DNA of 64,000 bases. Origin: a virus. The notes under the pieces are model-generated. The model worked only from the letters and a program-made list of their open reading frames with translations, was not told the DNA's origin and made no database searches. Position 1 is the first letter of the stretch; the number at the start of each line of letters is the position of its first letter. The DNA is taken from the IMG/VR virus record IMGVR_UViG_3300021364_000012, positions 1 to 64,000 of that record. One strand, given 5' to 3'. Positions 34,822-44,305 of the stretch are shown in pieces. The position numbers and the translations under genes were made by a program.

Positions 34822-37104
34822 TCAGAAGAACTTGCTTACGTCAGGAGCTGACTCCCAAAGCTTGCTGAGTTCATCTGAAGCAGAGCTTGCTTCACGAGAA
34901 ATATTTCCTAAAGTCTTAACAGAAGACTTACGAGCTGTGGTCTGAGGGCGGAAAGAAGCAGACTTCGCAGATGGAGACTCGCCACCATTCTCTGAAGCGT
35001 TGCCTGGACCAACATCCTCACCCTCATGTCCTGTGGCTTCCTGCATCTCATCACCTGCCATAAAGATACGAGCCAACTTAGGATCAAGACCTGCTTCTTC
35101 GTCAGAAAGACCCATCATGTCCTCTGCAAAATGATCTGGATCATTCTGATCTGCAACAGGCTCTTCACCTGCCATGAGGTCAGTCATGGAAATCTCTTCC
35201 TCAGCCATAGGCTCCTCTGAAGCTACAGGCTCTTCTTCTGAGAACATCATAGCCATCTCTTCCTCAGCCATAGGCTCCTCTGAAGCAACGGCTTCTTCCT
35301 CAGCCATAGGCTCCTCTGAAGCCATAGGCTCCTCTGAAGCTACAGCTTCTTCCTCAGCCATAGTCTCAGCTTGCTCGATCTCTGCAAGCATCTCCGCTAG
35401 GATTTCTTCGTCTGAAGACTCCATATCTTCTGCTTGTCTCTTATCACGCCACATAGACTGATATGCCGCATGGTAGTCTTTATCTGAGTGATCGCCCTCG
35501 CCCCAAGTATCACCAGAAATAGTTGAAGCAGTCTCTTTCGTAGCGTGATCCTTGTGCTTAGTACCAGCCTCAAGCTCTGCAAGCATCTCTGCAAGCATTT
35601 CACGCTCTTCAGCATTAAGATTCATAGCTTGCTTCTTCCAACGATCCTTGTTCTGTGCGTAATACTCCGCATTATACTGCTCTTTCACAGAAACAGGCCA
35701 ACCGCTCTTACCTTTAGTAGACTGATTGTCAGCTCTTTCTTCAGGAGTCATATATCCGAAAGCCTTACCTAGAGCTTCAGCATATCCTTTGCTTTTGTTC
35801 CAATCCGCTCTTGTACCCTTGTTATTGCCTCTAGCAACCATCTCAAGAGTAGCCATAAGAGTTGCGAACTGCTCCTCAGAAAGGATGTTCTCTGCTTCTC
35901 TAGTGCGAGTCTTAACAACTCTCTTAGTCTCGTTTTGTGCAGTAGAAACAGACTTAGCACCACCCTCACCGATAGTACGGTTTACGTTTTTCTTGGTGTA
36001 ATTAGGCTTCTCACCTGGTGCACGACTCTTAACACCCCAAATTTGAGGGTTATCTCGGTAATAAAGGTCATTGTGGTTCTGCTTTACTTGCTTATCCCAC
36101 ATACCTCCACCTTTTTGTGAGCGGCGAGCACCTCTCTCAGCAGGCTTCTGATAGAAACTATCGTCATCAATAGCTTCACCATACGCATTGTGCTTCTTGT
36201 AAGACTTAGCAAGAAGCTCCAAATCTGCAAGAAGGTCTGCCATAAGCTCATGTGACTCAGAGTCATGCTCTTCAGCCATCATCTCGTCAAGGACTGAAGC
36301 TAAACGTGCAAGACCTGCGAGCTTCTTAGTAGGAACACCGTCCTCCTCAGACTCGTCAAGAACATCTACGCTCTCGTCGTCCCCTTCGTATCCAGTCTCA
36401 TCTTGAACTTCGTCGTCTGCTTTTTTTTTTAACTCTGAACGAAGGTGAAGATTTGCTTGGCGAAGCATAGCGATTTCCTCTGCAAGAACTTCAGCAGGAC
36501 TCATAGCCATATCTTCATCTGCCATGATGTCTTCATCTGCCATAAGGTCTTCATCTGCCATGATGTCTTCATCTGCCATAAGGTCTTCTGCCATGACATT
36601 ACCTGGACCGACATCATCTCCCTCGTAGCCTGTCTCTTCCTGCATCTCGTCGCCTGCTAAGAAATCAGAAGCAATTCTCTGAAGTCTAGCGTTGATAGCA
36701 CGATTAGGAAGGTCCATGAAACGAAGTGCGAGGTCTTCTACTTCATCCTGAGAAGCATATTTCCCAAGACGATGCTCTGCAATCTCAATGCACTTAGCAG
36801 CCTTACGCTCCATAGCGAGCTTAAGGTTCTGCTCCTTGAGAGAACGAGTCTCCTCATAGTCAGAAATAGTCTGCTCTTGGGTTGCGGGGTGATCAGGCAT
36901 CCAACCATAAGAAGCTGGAGCAGGACCTGAGCTGTAAGGGCCATCAGTGACACCCTCTCCAAACTCTGAATCAATACCGTAGGCATCTACAGAGGGTTGA
37001 CCTTGAGAAGCAGGGTGTCCGAAATCCTCATAGCCAAGATTATCATAGCCGGGGATTGCAGAGTTAGCCCTGCGATTAAAAGCTGGATATCTACGTTTTG
37101 ACAT
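34822..37104 (-). CDS. Capsid scaffold/prohead core protein
   Basis: Highly acidic helical protein between protease and capsid genes; C-terminal 'LSKLWESAPDVSKFF'. Confidence 0.65.
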   Translation of the reverse strand: MSKRRYPAFNRRANSAIPGYDNLGYEDFGHPASQGQPSVDAYGIDSEFGEGVTDGPYSSGPAPASYGWMPDHPATQEQTISDYEETRSLKEQNLKLAMERKAAKCIEIAEHRLGKYASQDEVEDLALRFMDLPNRAINARLQRIASDFLAGDEMQEETGYEGDDVGPGNVMAEDLMADEDIMADEDLMADEDIMADEDMAMSPAEVLAEEIAMLRQANLHLRSELKKKADDEVQDETGYEGDDESVDVLDESEEDGVPTKKLAGLARLASVLDEMMAEEHDSESHELMADLLADLELLAKSYKKHNAYGEAIDDDSFYQKPAERGARRSQKGGGMWDKQVKQNHNDLYYRDNPQIWGVKSRAPGEKPNYTKKNVNRTIGEGGAKSVSTAQNETKRVVKTRTREAENILSEEQFATLMATLEMVARGNNKGTRADWNKSKGYAEALGKAFGYMTPEERADNQSTKGKSGWPVSVKEQYNAEYYAQNKDRWKKQAMNLNAEEREMLAEMLAELEAGTKHKDHATKETASTISGDTWGEGDHSDKDYHAAYQSMWRDKRQAEDMESSDEEILAEMLAEIEQAETMAEEEAVASEEPMASEEPMAEEEAVASEEPMAEEEMAMMFSEEEPVASEEPMAEEEISMTDLMAGEEPVADQNDPDHFAEDMMGLSDEEAGLDPKLARIFMAGDEMQEATGHEGEDVGPGNASENGGESPSAKSASFRPQTTARKSSVKTLGNISREASSASDELSKLWESAPDVSKFF
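35195..35362. repeat. Coding repeats encoding MAEEE / ASEEP units
   Basis: Directly visible (tcctcagccataggctcctctgaagc units). Confidence 0.85.
36499..36595. repeat. 18-bp coding tandem repeat encoding MADED[IL]
   Basis: Directly visible (tcttcatctgccat units). Confidence 0.85.
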
Positions 37105-37135
37105 AACGTGTTTCCTTTCCTATTAAAGAGCAGGA

Positions 37136-38485
37136 CTACTGCTCAGAGTTTAGTGAGATCAGTTTTGCTAATCTAACAAGACGAATTGAATCTTTACGAT
37201 TAAGCTTAAAGCCTAGAATGCTCTCTGCTTCCTTAATCAAAGAACCTACACTACTATATTTCTTTGTAAAGGACATTTGTTTAGCCACTTTATAAATATA
37301 GTTTGGTAGATATACATCAAAGTGATCATTAACTATCTGTATATTACGAATAGCATGATCTTTAGTCGAAGCTTTCTTAATTGCAAAGCTAAGATTTCTC
37401 AGATATTTCTGAGAGGCTTCTTTGATAACTGTGTCATCCGTAGTCGTAGCAGAAGCTGTTGGAGGGTTCTGTTGACCACCACCCATGCTTTCGCTTATTT
37501 CTTTCTCAAGCTTTTTCTTTAGCTTGTCAAGAACAGCATCTTTAATGACATCTTCTATCTGATTTAAGAATGACTCAGGAGTCTCATTCTTTGAGCCTTC
37601 CTCTTCATCATCCTCATCATCGCCCATACCAAAGGCACTCTTTTCAATCCACTTAGATGGAACAGAATTCAAAGAAGCTCTATTTGTAGGTATCTCCAAA
37701 GTATTTCTTGCGACCGCACCTCTAAATGCAGGAACAGAAACCCAAGACGCTTCAATAAAAGTGACGCCACCTGTGTCACCTTCCGTCTCATGACCACAAA
37801 GCTCTGCAACTCTGTGCTTGTTCCCACTCTCATCGTAGAAAGTGTTACCCTTTTCATACTTAACGTGCGTACACATTTGTGCTTCATCTGAAGCGACATG
37901 ACCACACTTAGTGCAGATTGTAAAATCCACACTACAGCCCATTGACATCCCGTTCATTTCACCAGAAATAATCTGACTTACGAGGTCTTCGTGCTTTTTA
38001 TCTGTGGCAACAAGTATGTCTACATAGATAGACTCTCCAATGTCTCGGAGAACTGCGTCAATAATACGACCTTTAGAGAGTTCTTCAATCTGAACATGCT
38101 CTACAAAGTTATGAGCACCTACAAAAGTCTTGTAAGATTTCTTAATAACACCCCTAGACCAACAATCTAGGTTGTTATTGATATACTTGTCTGTTTCAGA
38201 AGTAACTCTATAATCTGAGTACTTCCTGTTTATTTCTGTGTTCCCTTCTGTGACGGAACCTGTCTTAGTTCCGGGAACTTGAACTGCATCTACAGAGCAA
38301 ACAATAGTTGCATGTGAAAGAAGAAATCTTTCTGGAGTAAAAGGCTCTCCAAGAATATCCTCAGCTTTTTTTCGCAGAGAATCATTCAGCTTAGAAGAAC
38401 CTGAAGCAACTCTTACTTTGTCCCACTCCCTAGTACGAAGTTGAGGGTGGACAATATTTGCTCTTGCATATCTAAGAAAAGCCAT
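37136..38485 (-). CDS. Prohead maturation protease with inserted Zn finger
   Basis: NNNLD, FVEH (His), KGRIIDA, GMSMGC (Ser), CTKC...CTH, FIEASWV..PAF..A. Confidence 0.8.
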   Translation of the reverse strand: MAFLRYARANIVHPQLRTREWDKVRVASGSSKLNDSLRKKAEDILGEPFTPERFLLSHATIVCSVDAVQVPGTKTGSVTEGNTEINRKYSDYRVTSETDKYINNNLDCWSRGVIKKSYKTFVGAHNFVEHVQIEELSKGRIIDAVLRDIGESIYVDILVATDKKHEDLVSQIISGEMNGMSMGCSVDFTICTKCGHVASDEAQMCTHVKYEKGNTFYDESGNKHRVAELCGHETEGDTGGVTFIEASWVSVPAFRGAVARNTLEIPTNRASLNSVPSKWIEKSAFGMGDDEDDEEEGSKNETPESFLNQIEDVIKDAVLDKLKKKLEKEISESMGGGQQNPPTASATTTDDTVIKEASQKYLRNLSFAIKKASTKDHAIRNIQIVNDHFDVYLPNYIYKVAKQMSFTKKYSSVGSLIKEAESILGFKLNRKDSIRLVRLAKLISLNSEQ

Positions 38486-38489
38486 CTTC

Positions 38490-41405
38490 TTATCTCCTTC
38501 TCTTTAGGGATAAGTACAGAGATGCGACTTTTTCTTTAGAAGGTCTTTTACCTGCCGAGACAGGATAACTTCTACTTTGGGATTTCTCATCTATCATAGA
38601 GTTATAGTCGCCGGATGTATCTAAGACCAAATCTTCAGCGGGGTATCGAGAAACGCCATGTGGGAACTGTAAATCTACCATCCCAATCGCAGGAAATACC
38701 GCCACGATCACACCACCAGTCTTAGGGTCTCCCTTGAAAAATGGATATGCTCGCATACCAACTTCAAAACGAGAAGCCCTTTCTTGGTAGTCCGTATCGT
38801 AAACCGTGGCTTTTTTCTGCATGTATTTTATTTCTCCCTCACTATCTAAATAGCACCCTCGAATAAACAAACTATTAAAAATATCTGAACCTCTCTTCGT
38901 TTTTCCTAATTTAAGAAAAGTATCGTCTGTAGAGAGGTCTGCTTTCATAGCCTCGTCTAAGTTTGAAAGCATTTCTCGGATGTCTTCTTCCTTGTTTTTC
39001 TTAATCATTTCGAGAATAGCGTCTCTTTTCGCTTTTTCTCTTGAATCTTGGTCTTTCCCTTTATTCTTCTTTGACGAATAAGAACCAAAATCCATGTCTT
39101 TTATCCGCTCTATCCTCATCTGATATATAAGATAAGCAAGAGACTCCTCTTTCTCTTTCTCAGTGCCTTGTGTAAGAATCTTTTGAAACTTCTCAGGAGA
39201 CACCTCAAAAATCTGCTTCATCTTTTTATGTTTCTTAGCCTCCTCCTTCTCTCCCTTAGATTCTTGTTTACGAGAGGAGGATGAGAAGGAAGAACTCCCC
39301 AAAGGTGCAGTAGGTGTAAGAACGTGATGGTCAACCATCATTTGAATGACATGCTTCTTTAAAGTTGCCTTGACTTCAGCCCCGACAGGATAAGGACAAA
39401 CATCTCCCGGACCTATAGGCTCTCCTGCCATGTCGCCGTTAATTGGGATATTGGGACACACCTCGCCTTGAATTATTTCTAAAGCGTCTGCAAAAGGACC
39501 CGAGTCTCCTCCAAGGGCTTGTGAAAGTTGATCGTCACTTAGACTACTTAAGACTTGGGTCTGCACGTCGCTTTTTTTCTGATCAGAAGCTCCACCTTTA
39601 AGACTTTTGATTGCATCGTATGCCGCATCTAAGTCTGTTTGCTTCGCTAATTCCACAAGATATTTCATGGCTGGTGATAAGTTATTTGGAAGAGGCTTCA
39701 CTTCTTGAACTAAAAGAGAAACCTCAATGCCGTCTTTCACAGACTGCAAAGAAAGATATTCCGCAGAGCCTTCATCTCCTTTTTTCTCAAGAGACCTCAT
39801 TTTGCTCTCAACATCATCAAGAGCACCTCTTGTTTCAGACTCTCCCATCCTGTTGTATCTCCTAGCAGAGAAACGGCTCGTTTCGTCTAGTAACAACTCG
39901 TTTATTTCTTCGATCTCCCTACCCATTGAGTCTCTAGTAGTCTTAAACACAGAGCTAGGTTCTGTGTTTACTCCAAATAGAGGATTTCTTGTGTAAGCCA
40001 TCTCCATCGCACCAGCGGCGATGGAAGCCCCTAACTCAGCCCCCTCTTTATTATTGATGGCGTCATCGAAAATATCATTTATTTCTTCTTGGAGTTCTGA
40101 AAGCTTTTCGAGCAGACCTTTATCTTCGTCGTCATTGTTCTCCAAGATAGCCTGTAACTTCGTGGACGCTGCTTTGAAGCCTTCAGCAACTTGATCCATA
40201 TCTTCTTGCGACAGCTTATCTATATCTATTTTAGAAATCATTTTGGAGATCATAGCTTTTGAGTCTACATCAGAGCCTGTCATAGACTGACCAGAACCAA
40301 AAGCACCTAAGCCTGCAACAGAACCCACAAGACTCTCTAAGAAATTAGTCCTCAGTTGTTTTTGTTGCCGTTCATTTAGATTTGTCTTCTCGTCTTCAGC
40401 CTCTTGTCTTGAAACCGTTTGTCTGAAAGAAGACATCAACCTCAGAACAGGATTGTTTTTTAGTATTTCTTGGTCTTGCTCTGTCTCACCTTTTAATACT
40501 CGCTCTATGTTTTCAGTAACATCACCTTGAGTAAGTTCAGGATAACGCTCTCCTGCGATCTCTTTCTTTTTTCTAGCGATTTGAGCTTTAGCTTTATTTC
40601 TTTCTTTCGCAGACATAAGATTGAGCTTCTTTTTTGAAAGACCAAGCTCACCCATCGCTTCTTCATCTGAAATATTTGGAAAACTCATCCCCTTCAGACC
40701 ATCCAAAGCTCGGATTATTTCTTTCTTTCGCTCTTTCTTTCGCAGCTGTTGCTTGGCTTTGCGTCTCTGCTCAAGACGAGTAAAATCAAGCTTAGTTATT
40801 TCACCGTCTTTTAATTTTCTCTTATTTTCTTTGGCTTGCTCTTCATTTTCTTTTTTCTCTCGATCTGTAGCGGTAAATTTAGAAGAGTCTAAGCCTAAAA
40901 TCTCTTCGAGAGAAGGCATGTCAGGATTGCGTTTAGCCACGGCATCGTAACTGTCTGCTAGGTCTTTTGCGACTTCATGGGCATACTGCACATGAATGGC
41001 TTTTTCTCTTGATCCTCCAAGTAAATTCTGAATGAACCTTTGAGGGTCGTCATACATGTCAAGTCGGAACTGATCCTTCGTCGCCTTTATCTCGTCCAAC
41101 TCCTTCTGCCGGTCTACCCTTTTATCTTCCCTAGCTTCCGCTTCAGATTGCAACTGTTCTGTAGACTTCCTACGTCGATTTTCAGACTTCTCTTTTCCTT
41201 TATTAAAACTTTCAACTTCTTTGTTGTAGTCTTCCACTGCTTTATCGTGTTGACGACTGTACGCAGTAGTGAAAAGAATATCATTCCCCGAATCCTTATC
41301 TCTGTAAGTGTTCGGGGCAAGCTTCTTCATTATTTTCTTGTGAAGTTTCGGAGATACTTTGTCTGAAGCATACCGATATATTATTTCTCTAAATAAGTTA
41401 TACAT
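38490..41405 (-). CDS. Large charged helical protein (probable internal head protein) with a likely separately translated C-terminal 110-aa module
   Basis: 971 aa ORF between portal and protease; internal promoter motif, SD and ATG at 38822. Confidence 0.6.
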   Translation of the reverse strand: MYNLFREIIYRYASDKVSPKLHKKIMKKLAPNTYRDKDSGNDILFTTAYSRQHDKAVEDYNKEVESFNKGKEKSENRRRKSTEQLQSEAEAREDKRVDRQKELDEIKATKDQFRLDMYDDPQRFIQNLLGGSREKAIHVQYAHEVAKDLADSYDAVAKRNPDMPSLEEILGLDSSKFTATDREKKENEEQAKENKRKLKDGEITKLDFTRLEQRRKAKQQLRKKERKKEIIRALDGLKGMSFPNISDEEAMGELGLSKKKLNLMSAKERNKAKAQIARKKKEIAGERYPELTQGDVTENIERVLKGETEQDQEILKNNPVLRLMSSFRQTVSRQEAEDEKTNLNERQQKQLRTNFLESLVGSVAGLGAFGSGQSMTGSDVDSKAMISKMISKIDIDKLSQEDMDQVAEGFKAASTKLQAILENNDDEDKGLLEKLSELQEEINDIFDDAINNKEGAELGASIAAGAMEMAYTRNPLFGVNTEPSSVFKTTRDSMGREIEEINELLLDETSRFSARRYNRMGESETRGALDDVESKMRSLEKKGDEGSAEYLSLQSVKDGIEVSLLVQEVKPLPNNLSPAMKYLVELAKQTDLDAAYDAIKSLKGGASDQKKSDVQTQVLSSLSDDQLSQALGGDSGPFADALEIIQGEVCPNIPINGDMAGEPIGPGDVCPYPVGAEVKATLKKHVIQMMVDHHVLTPTAPLGSSSFSSSSRKQESKGEKEEAKKHKKMKQIFEVSPEKFQKILTQGTEKEKEESLAYLIYQMRIERIKDMDFGSYSSKKNKGKDQDSREKAKRDAILEMIKKNKEEDIREMLSNLDEAMKADLSTDDTFLKLGKTKRGSDIFNSLFIRGCYLDSEGEIKYMQKKATVYDTDYQERASRFEVGMRAYPFFKGDPKTGGVIVAVFPAIGMVDLQFPHGVSRYPAEDLVLDTSGDYNSMIDEKSQSRSYPVSAGKRPSKEKVASLYLSLKRRR
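38863..38874 (-). promoter_or_regulatory. Intragenic candidate late promoter TAGTTTGTTTAT
   Basis: Identical to the copy at 52735; about 41 nt upstream of an in-frame ATG with SD GAGGGAG. Confidence 0.55.
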
Positions 41406-41416
41406 ACAGAGACACC

Positions 41417-42313
41417 TTAGATTTCAGCTAACTTCAAAACACGCTCACTCACGAAAAAATAAGGGAGCGACTTTAACCCTATTTCTTTGGCTTTTTGTAA
41501 ACGATGTAGCCCATCAACAACGGTTGGAAGTCCTGATTTGCTAGGTGCAATAAGAATAGGTGCGGAAACGTCAGCCCTTCTGACTCTAATAGGGTCTGCA
41601 TCAGCGAAATCTAAAACCCAAATAAGGCGACCTATTTCCATTCTTTGAATTGGATCGTCTTCCACAAGAGAAAGAACAGCATTTAAACTATATTTACGAC
41701 CTTCATGTGTGAAAGTAGAACTCTCTTCTTCTCTGTAAGACGCCACCCTCTTGTGGTTTAAAGAAAGGTCTCTATCCCCACCAGCTCCTCCACCCATATA
41801 CTGAATGTCAGGGTCTTCAACCTTCATTCTTTTTCGCATCAAATCTTTGCGTGGAGGCTTCTTTTTTGGTTTCTGCTTTACTAGACGCTCTGTCTCTCTT
41901 GTTTCTTTCTCTTCTGTAGAGAGTGTTGCGTATTTCTTGTGTGTGCAAAGGTCTACACTAGCCATCTTACGAACATCAAAACAAAGAGGAGCAAACTCTT
42001 TTCTGAGCTTCCTCAAAATCTGAGCGATTACTAAATAAGCAAGGTGCGACCTATCTGTGTCTTTTAGATCAATCCAACACCCTTGGAGGAGACGTATCTT
42101 CTCTGCCTTGCCATCTAGTAATTCTACGAACTCAAATCTCTTATCTAAAGAAATAGCTTCTTCAAACAAAGCCTCTATCGTTAAGAAATGCTTTCGGATA
42201 CAGTCTGGACATCTTTTTCTAGGATTGTTTAAGTGATCTTCTAAAAGAGACATCTGTTTTACGGACTCTCTCAAATTAAAGAGAGGACTCATTATCGGTA
42301 ATAAGTTTCCCAT
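41417..42313 (-). CDS. Modular protein: Cys/His helical domain + basic linker + ParB/Srx-like domain
   Basis: 'LLEDHL...RCPDCIRKHFL'; C-terminal 'APILI...VVDGLHRL.KA...G'. Confidence 0.7.
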   Translation of the reverse strand: MGNLLPIMSPLFNLRESVKQMSLLEDHLNNPRKRCPDCIRKHFLTIEALFEEAISLDKRFEFVELLDGKAEKIRLLQGCWIDLKDTDRSHLAYLVIAQILRKLRKEFAPLCFDVRKMASVDLCTHKKYATLSTEEKETRETERLVKQKPKKKPPRKDLMRKRMKVEDPDIQYMGGGAGGDRDLSLNHKRVASYREEESSTFTHEGRKYSLNAVLSLVEDDPIQRMEIGRLIWVLDFADADPIRVRRADVSAPILIAPSKSGLPTVVDGLHRLQKAKEIGLKSLPYFFVSERVLKLAEI

Positions 42314-42370
42314 TTTCTATACGCTCCTATTTTTTGTCACCACAGGAAATAAGAGCGTATAGAAAATATA

Positions 42371-44047
42371 TTAGAATCTTCCGTCATCACCCTCATCCGG
42401 AGGAGTATATTTCAAACCAATATTCTGAGCAATCTTCTCTATTACTTCAGTGTTCTCAGCGAGCATACGTCCTGCTTCTCCATAAATACCACGGAGAACT
42501 TCATTGAACTGAGAGTCGTTGAGAGTCCACATATCTCTCTCTAGCTTTCTCTTAGTTGACTCAGGGTCAACATTCAAAAGCTCAAGGATAATGTCAATAT
42601 CCAAAGAACCCTTCTGATAAAGATTAAAGAGAGCATCGAAGGTGTCTTGGTTATCTCTCAAACCAAGACGAGTAAAGCTAAGACTTGGATGAACGACTAT
42701 TTCCTCCCCATCGTCATCTTCTTCTATGAAGCCCATGCGTCTGCACATCGGCTTCAAGATGTTCTCCTCTACCATCTCTTGAAGAACTTCACGCATCAGC
42801 ATGTAGCGTGTATTGATCACTTCAAGATTGATACGATCTCCACTATAGCTCGACTCCCCTGAAAGTAGAGACTCAGTTACGCCAAGACCTGCATACATCT
42901 GTCTGTCGGTCATGTCATACTCTGAGCCAAGGTCAAGAAGACGTTGGTCTGACCCCATCTCTTCCCAAGAAATTTGAAAGTTAGCTATGATAGAGTAATC
43001 GGGGTCTTGAAGAGCTAAATCCACTTGCTCTCTCAAGGCTTCGACATCTGCCATGTCCATATCTTCTGCATAAACCAACCGAATAGGCGTCATATGTCGA
43101 GAAGCAATAGAGGTGTTAGCTTGCCTCAACTTATCTCTGTACACCAATATTCTGAGACAACGCTCCAACATAGAGTGTCCTCTCGGCTCGTATTGGGATT
43201 TCTTACGAGCCATATAATAAACAAAAGAACCCTTCTCGGCATCACTATTTAAAGGGATATTTCTCCCTTCCCGAATAGCATCCACCACATCTTCAGGCAT
43301 CGACTCCACAATTCTCATTGCTTCAGGGTCTTGGACAGAAGCTCTCTCCACGACATTCTTAGTCTTAGAATCAGGAATAAGCTCTATGATTTTTTGATCT
43401 GTAAAAGGAAAAGACTCCATATGTACTTGCTCTGGAGGAAGCACACGAATACCTGTCCAACCCTTGTAGTTTTTCTTCATCCAAACATAAGCACGATCAT
43501 CAGCGTCTTCATATCTCTCCCAAAGAACTTCAATCTCTCCATCGGGAGTAAGCTGATTCTTTTTTTTATGTGTAACTTCTTTAGGCATGTCTGGATTATT
43601 GTCTTCACAAAAAACAAAAACCTCACCTAGAAGATTATACTCATGCAATATTTCTATGAGACGGTGGAGCAACCCCACTCTTCTTGCCCATTTCTCACAA
43701 AAACGAAGAGAAGCCCAAGCCATCTCTCTATTCTTAGACTTAGGCATACCAAGTCTAATCTTGGAAAGCGGTAGCTCCGTGTGAAGGTCTACAGCTTGAC
43801 CCACGAAAGGGTCTGTCCGATAGAAGAAACGGAAATAATTACGTTGTTCGTCTTGGCTCTGCGGAAGCTCTAAAAAATCCGTAGATAGCTCTGGAGAATA
43901 AAAGTTACCTCCGGAACCCATCTGTGTTCCACTCGTTGTCATCGCCACTTTAACACGGGACTTCATCTGAGAAGGCTTAAGAGGTCGAGTAGTTACGTCT
44001 CCTTTAGTCTTAACTTCTCCTACTTTTAAAGGCTCATCACTAGACAT
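42371..44047 (-). CDS. Portal protein
   Basis: 558 aa just downstream of terL; 'RFFY.TDPFV..AVDLHTELPLSK', 'GEVFVF', 'GLGVTESLLSGE'. Confidence 0.85.
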   Translation of the reverse strand: MSSDEPLKVGEVKTKGDVTTRPLKPSQMKSRVKVAMTTSGTQMGSGGNFYSPELSTDFLELPQSQDEQRNYFRFFYRTDPFVGQAVDLHTELPLSKIRLGMPKSKNREMAWASLRFCEKWARRVGLLHRLIEILHEYNLLGEVFVFCEDNNPDMPKEVTHKKKNQLTPDGEIEVLWERYEDADDRAYVWMKKNYKGWTGIRVLPPEQVHMESFPFTDQKIIELIPDSKTKNVVERASVQDPEAMRIVESMPEDVVDAIREGRNIPLNSDAEKGSFVYYMARKKSQYEPRGHSMLERCLRILVYRDKLRQANTSIASRHMTPIRLVYAEDMDMADVEALREQVDLALQDPDYSIIANFQISWEEMGSDQRLLDLGSEYDMTDRQMYAGLGVTESLLSGESSYSGDRINLEVINTRYMLMREVLQEMVEENILKPMCRRMGFIEEDDDGEEIVVHPSLSFTRLGLRDNQDTFDALFNLYQKGSLDIDIILELLNVDPESTKRKLERDMWTLNDSQFNEVLRGIYGEAGRMLAENTEVIEKIAQNIGLKYTPPDEGDDGRF

Positions 44048-44051
44048 TCAG

Positions 44052-44303
44052 TCACCTCTTATTTTTCTTGTCTATTTTTTCTTTCATTTTCACAGCCAAT
44101 ATAGCTCTCTTTAAAAGCTTTATTGTTTGTGGGTCTCCCTCAAAGAAAGAATACCAACTCCCCCCTGCGTTAATGAACACTTTTGAACATAAGTCCAATT
44201 TTTCTTCTGAAGGACTCTTATCCCCATGAGAAAGTTCTAGTATCCTAGCAATGACACGATGGTCTGCAAAGTCTCTGCTCTTAGGTCTTATTTCTTTACT
44301 CAT
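44052..44303 (-). CDS. Hypothetical protein between terL and portal
   Basis: 83 aa ORF, tightly packed. Confidence 0.6.
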   Translation of the reverse strand: MSKEIRPKSRDFADHRVIARILELSHGDKSPSEEKLDLCSKVFINAGGSWYSFFEGDPQTIKLLKRAILAVKMKEKIDKKNKR

Positions 44304-44305
44304 AG

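Noticed and set aside
36421-36430. Homopolymer run (also 52212-52221) as a programmed frameshift or phase-variation site
   Set aside because: The reading frames are intact and no supporting alternative product or structure was identified
35195-36595. CRISPR-like or DGR repeat pairs in the scaffold gene
   Set aside because: In-frame coding repeats with synonymous variation; no spacers, no adenine-specific pattern, no reverse transcriptase
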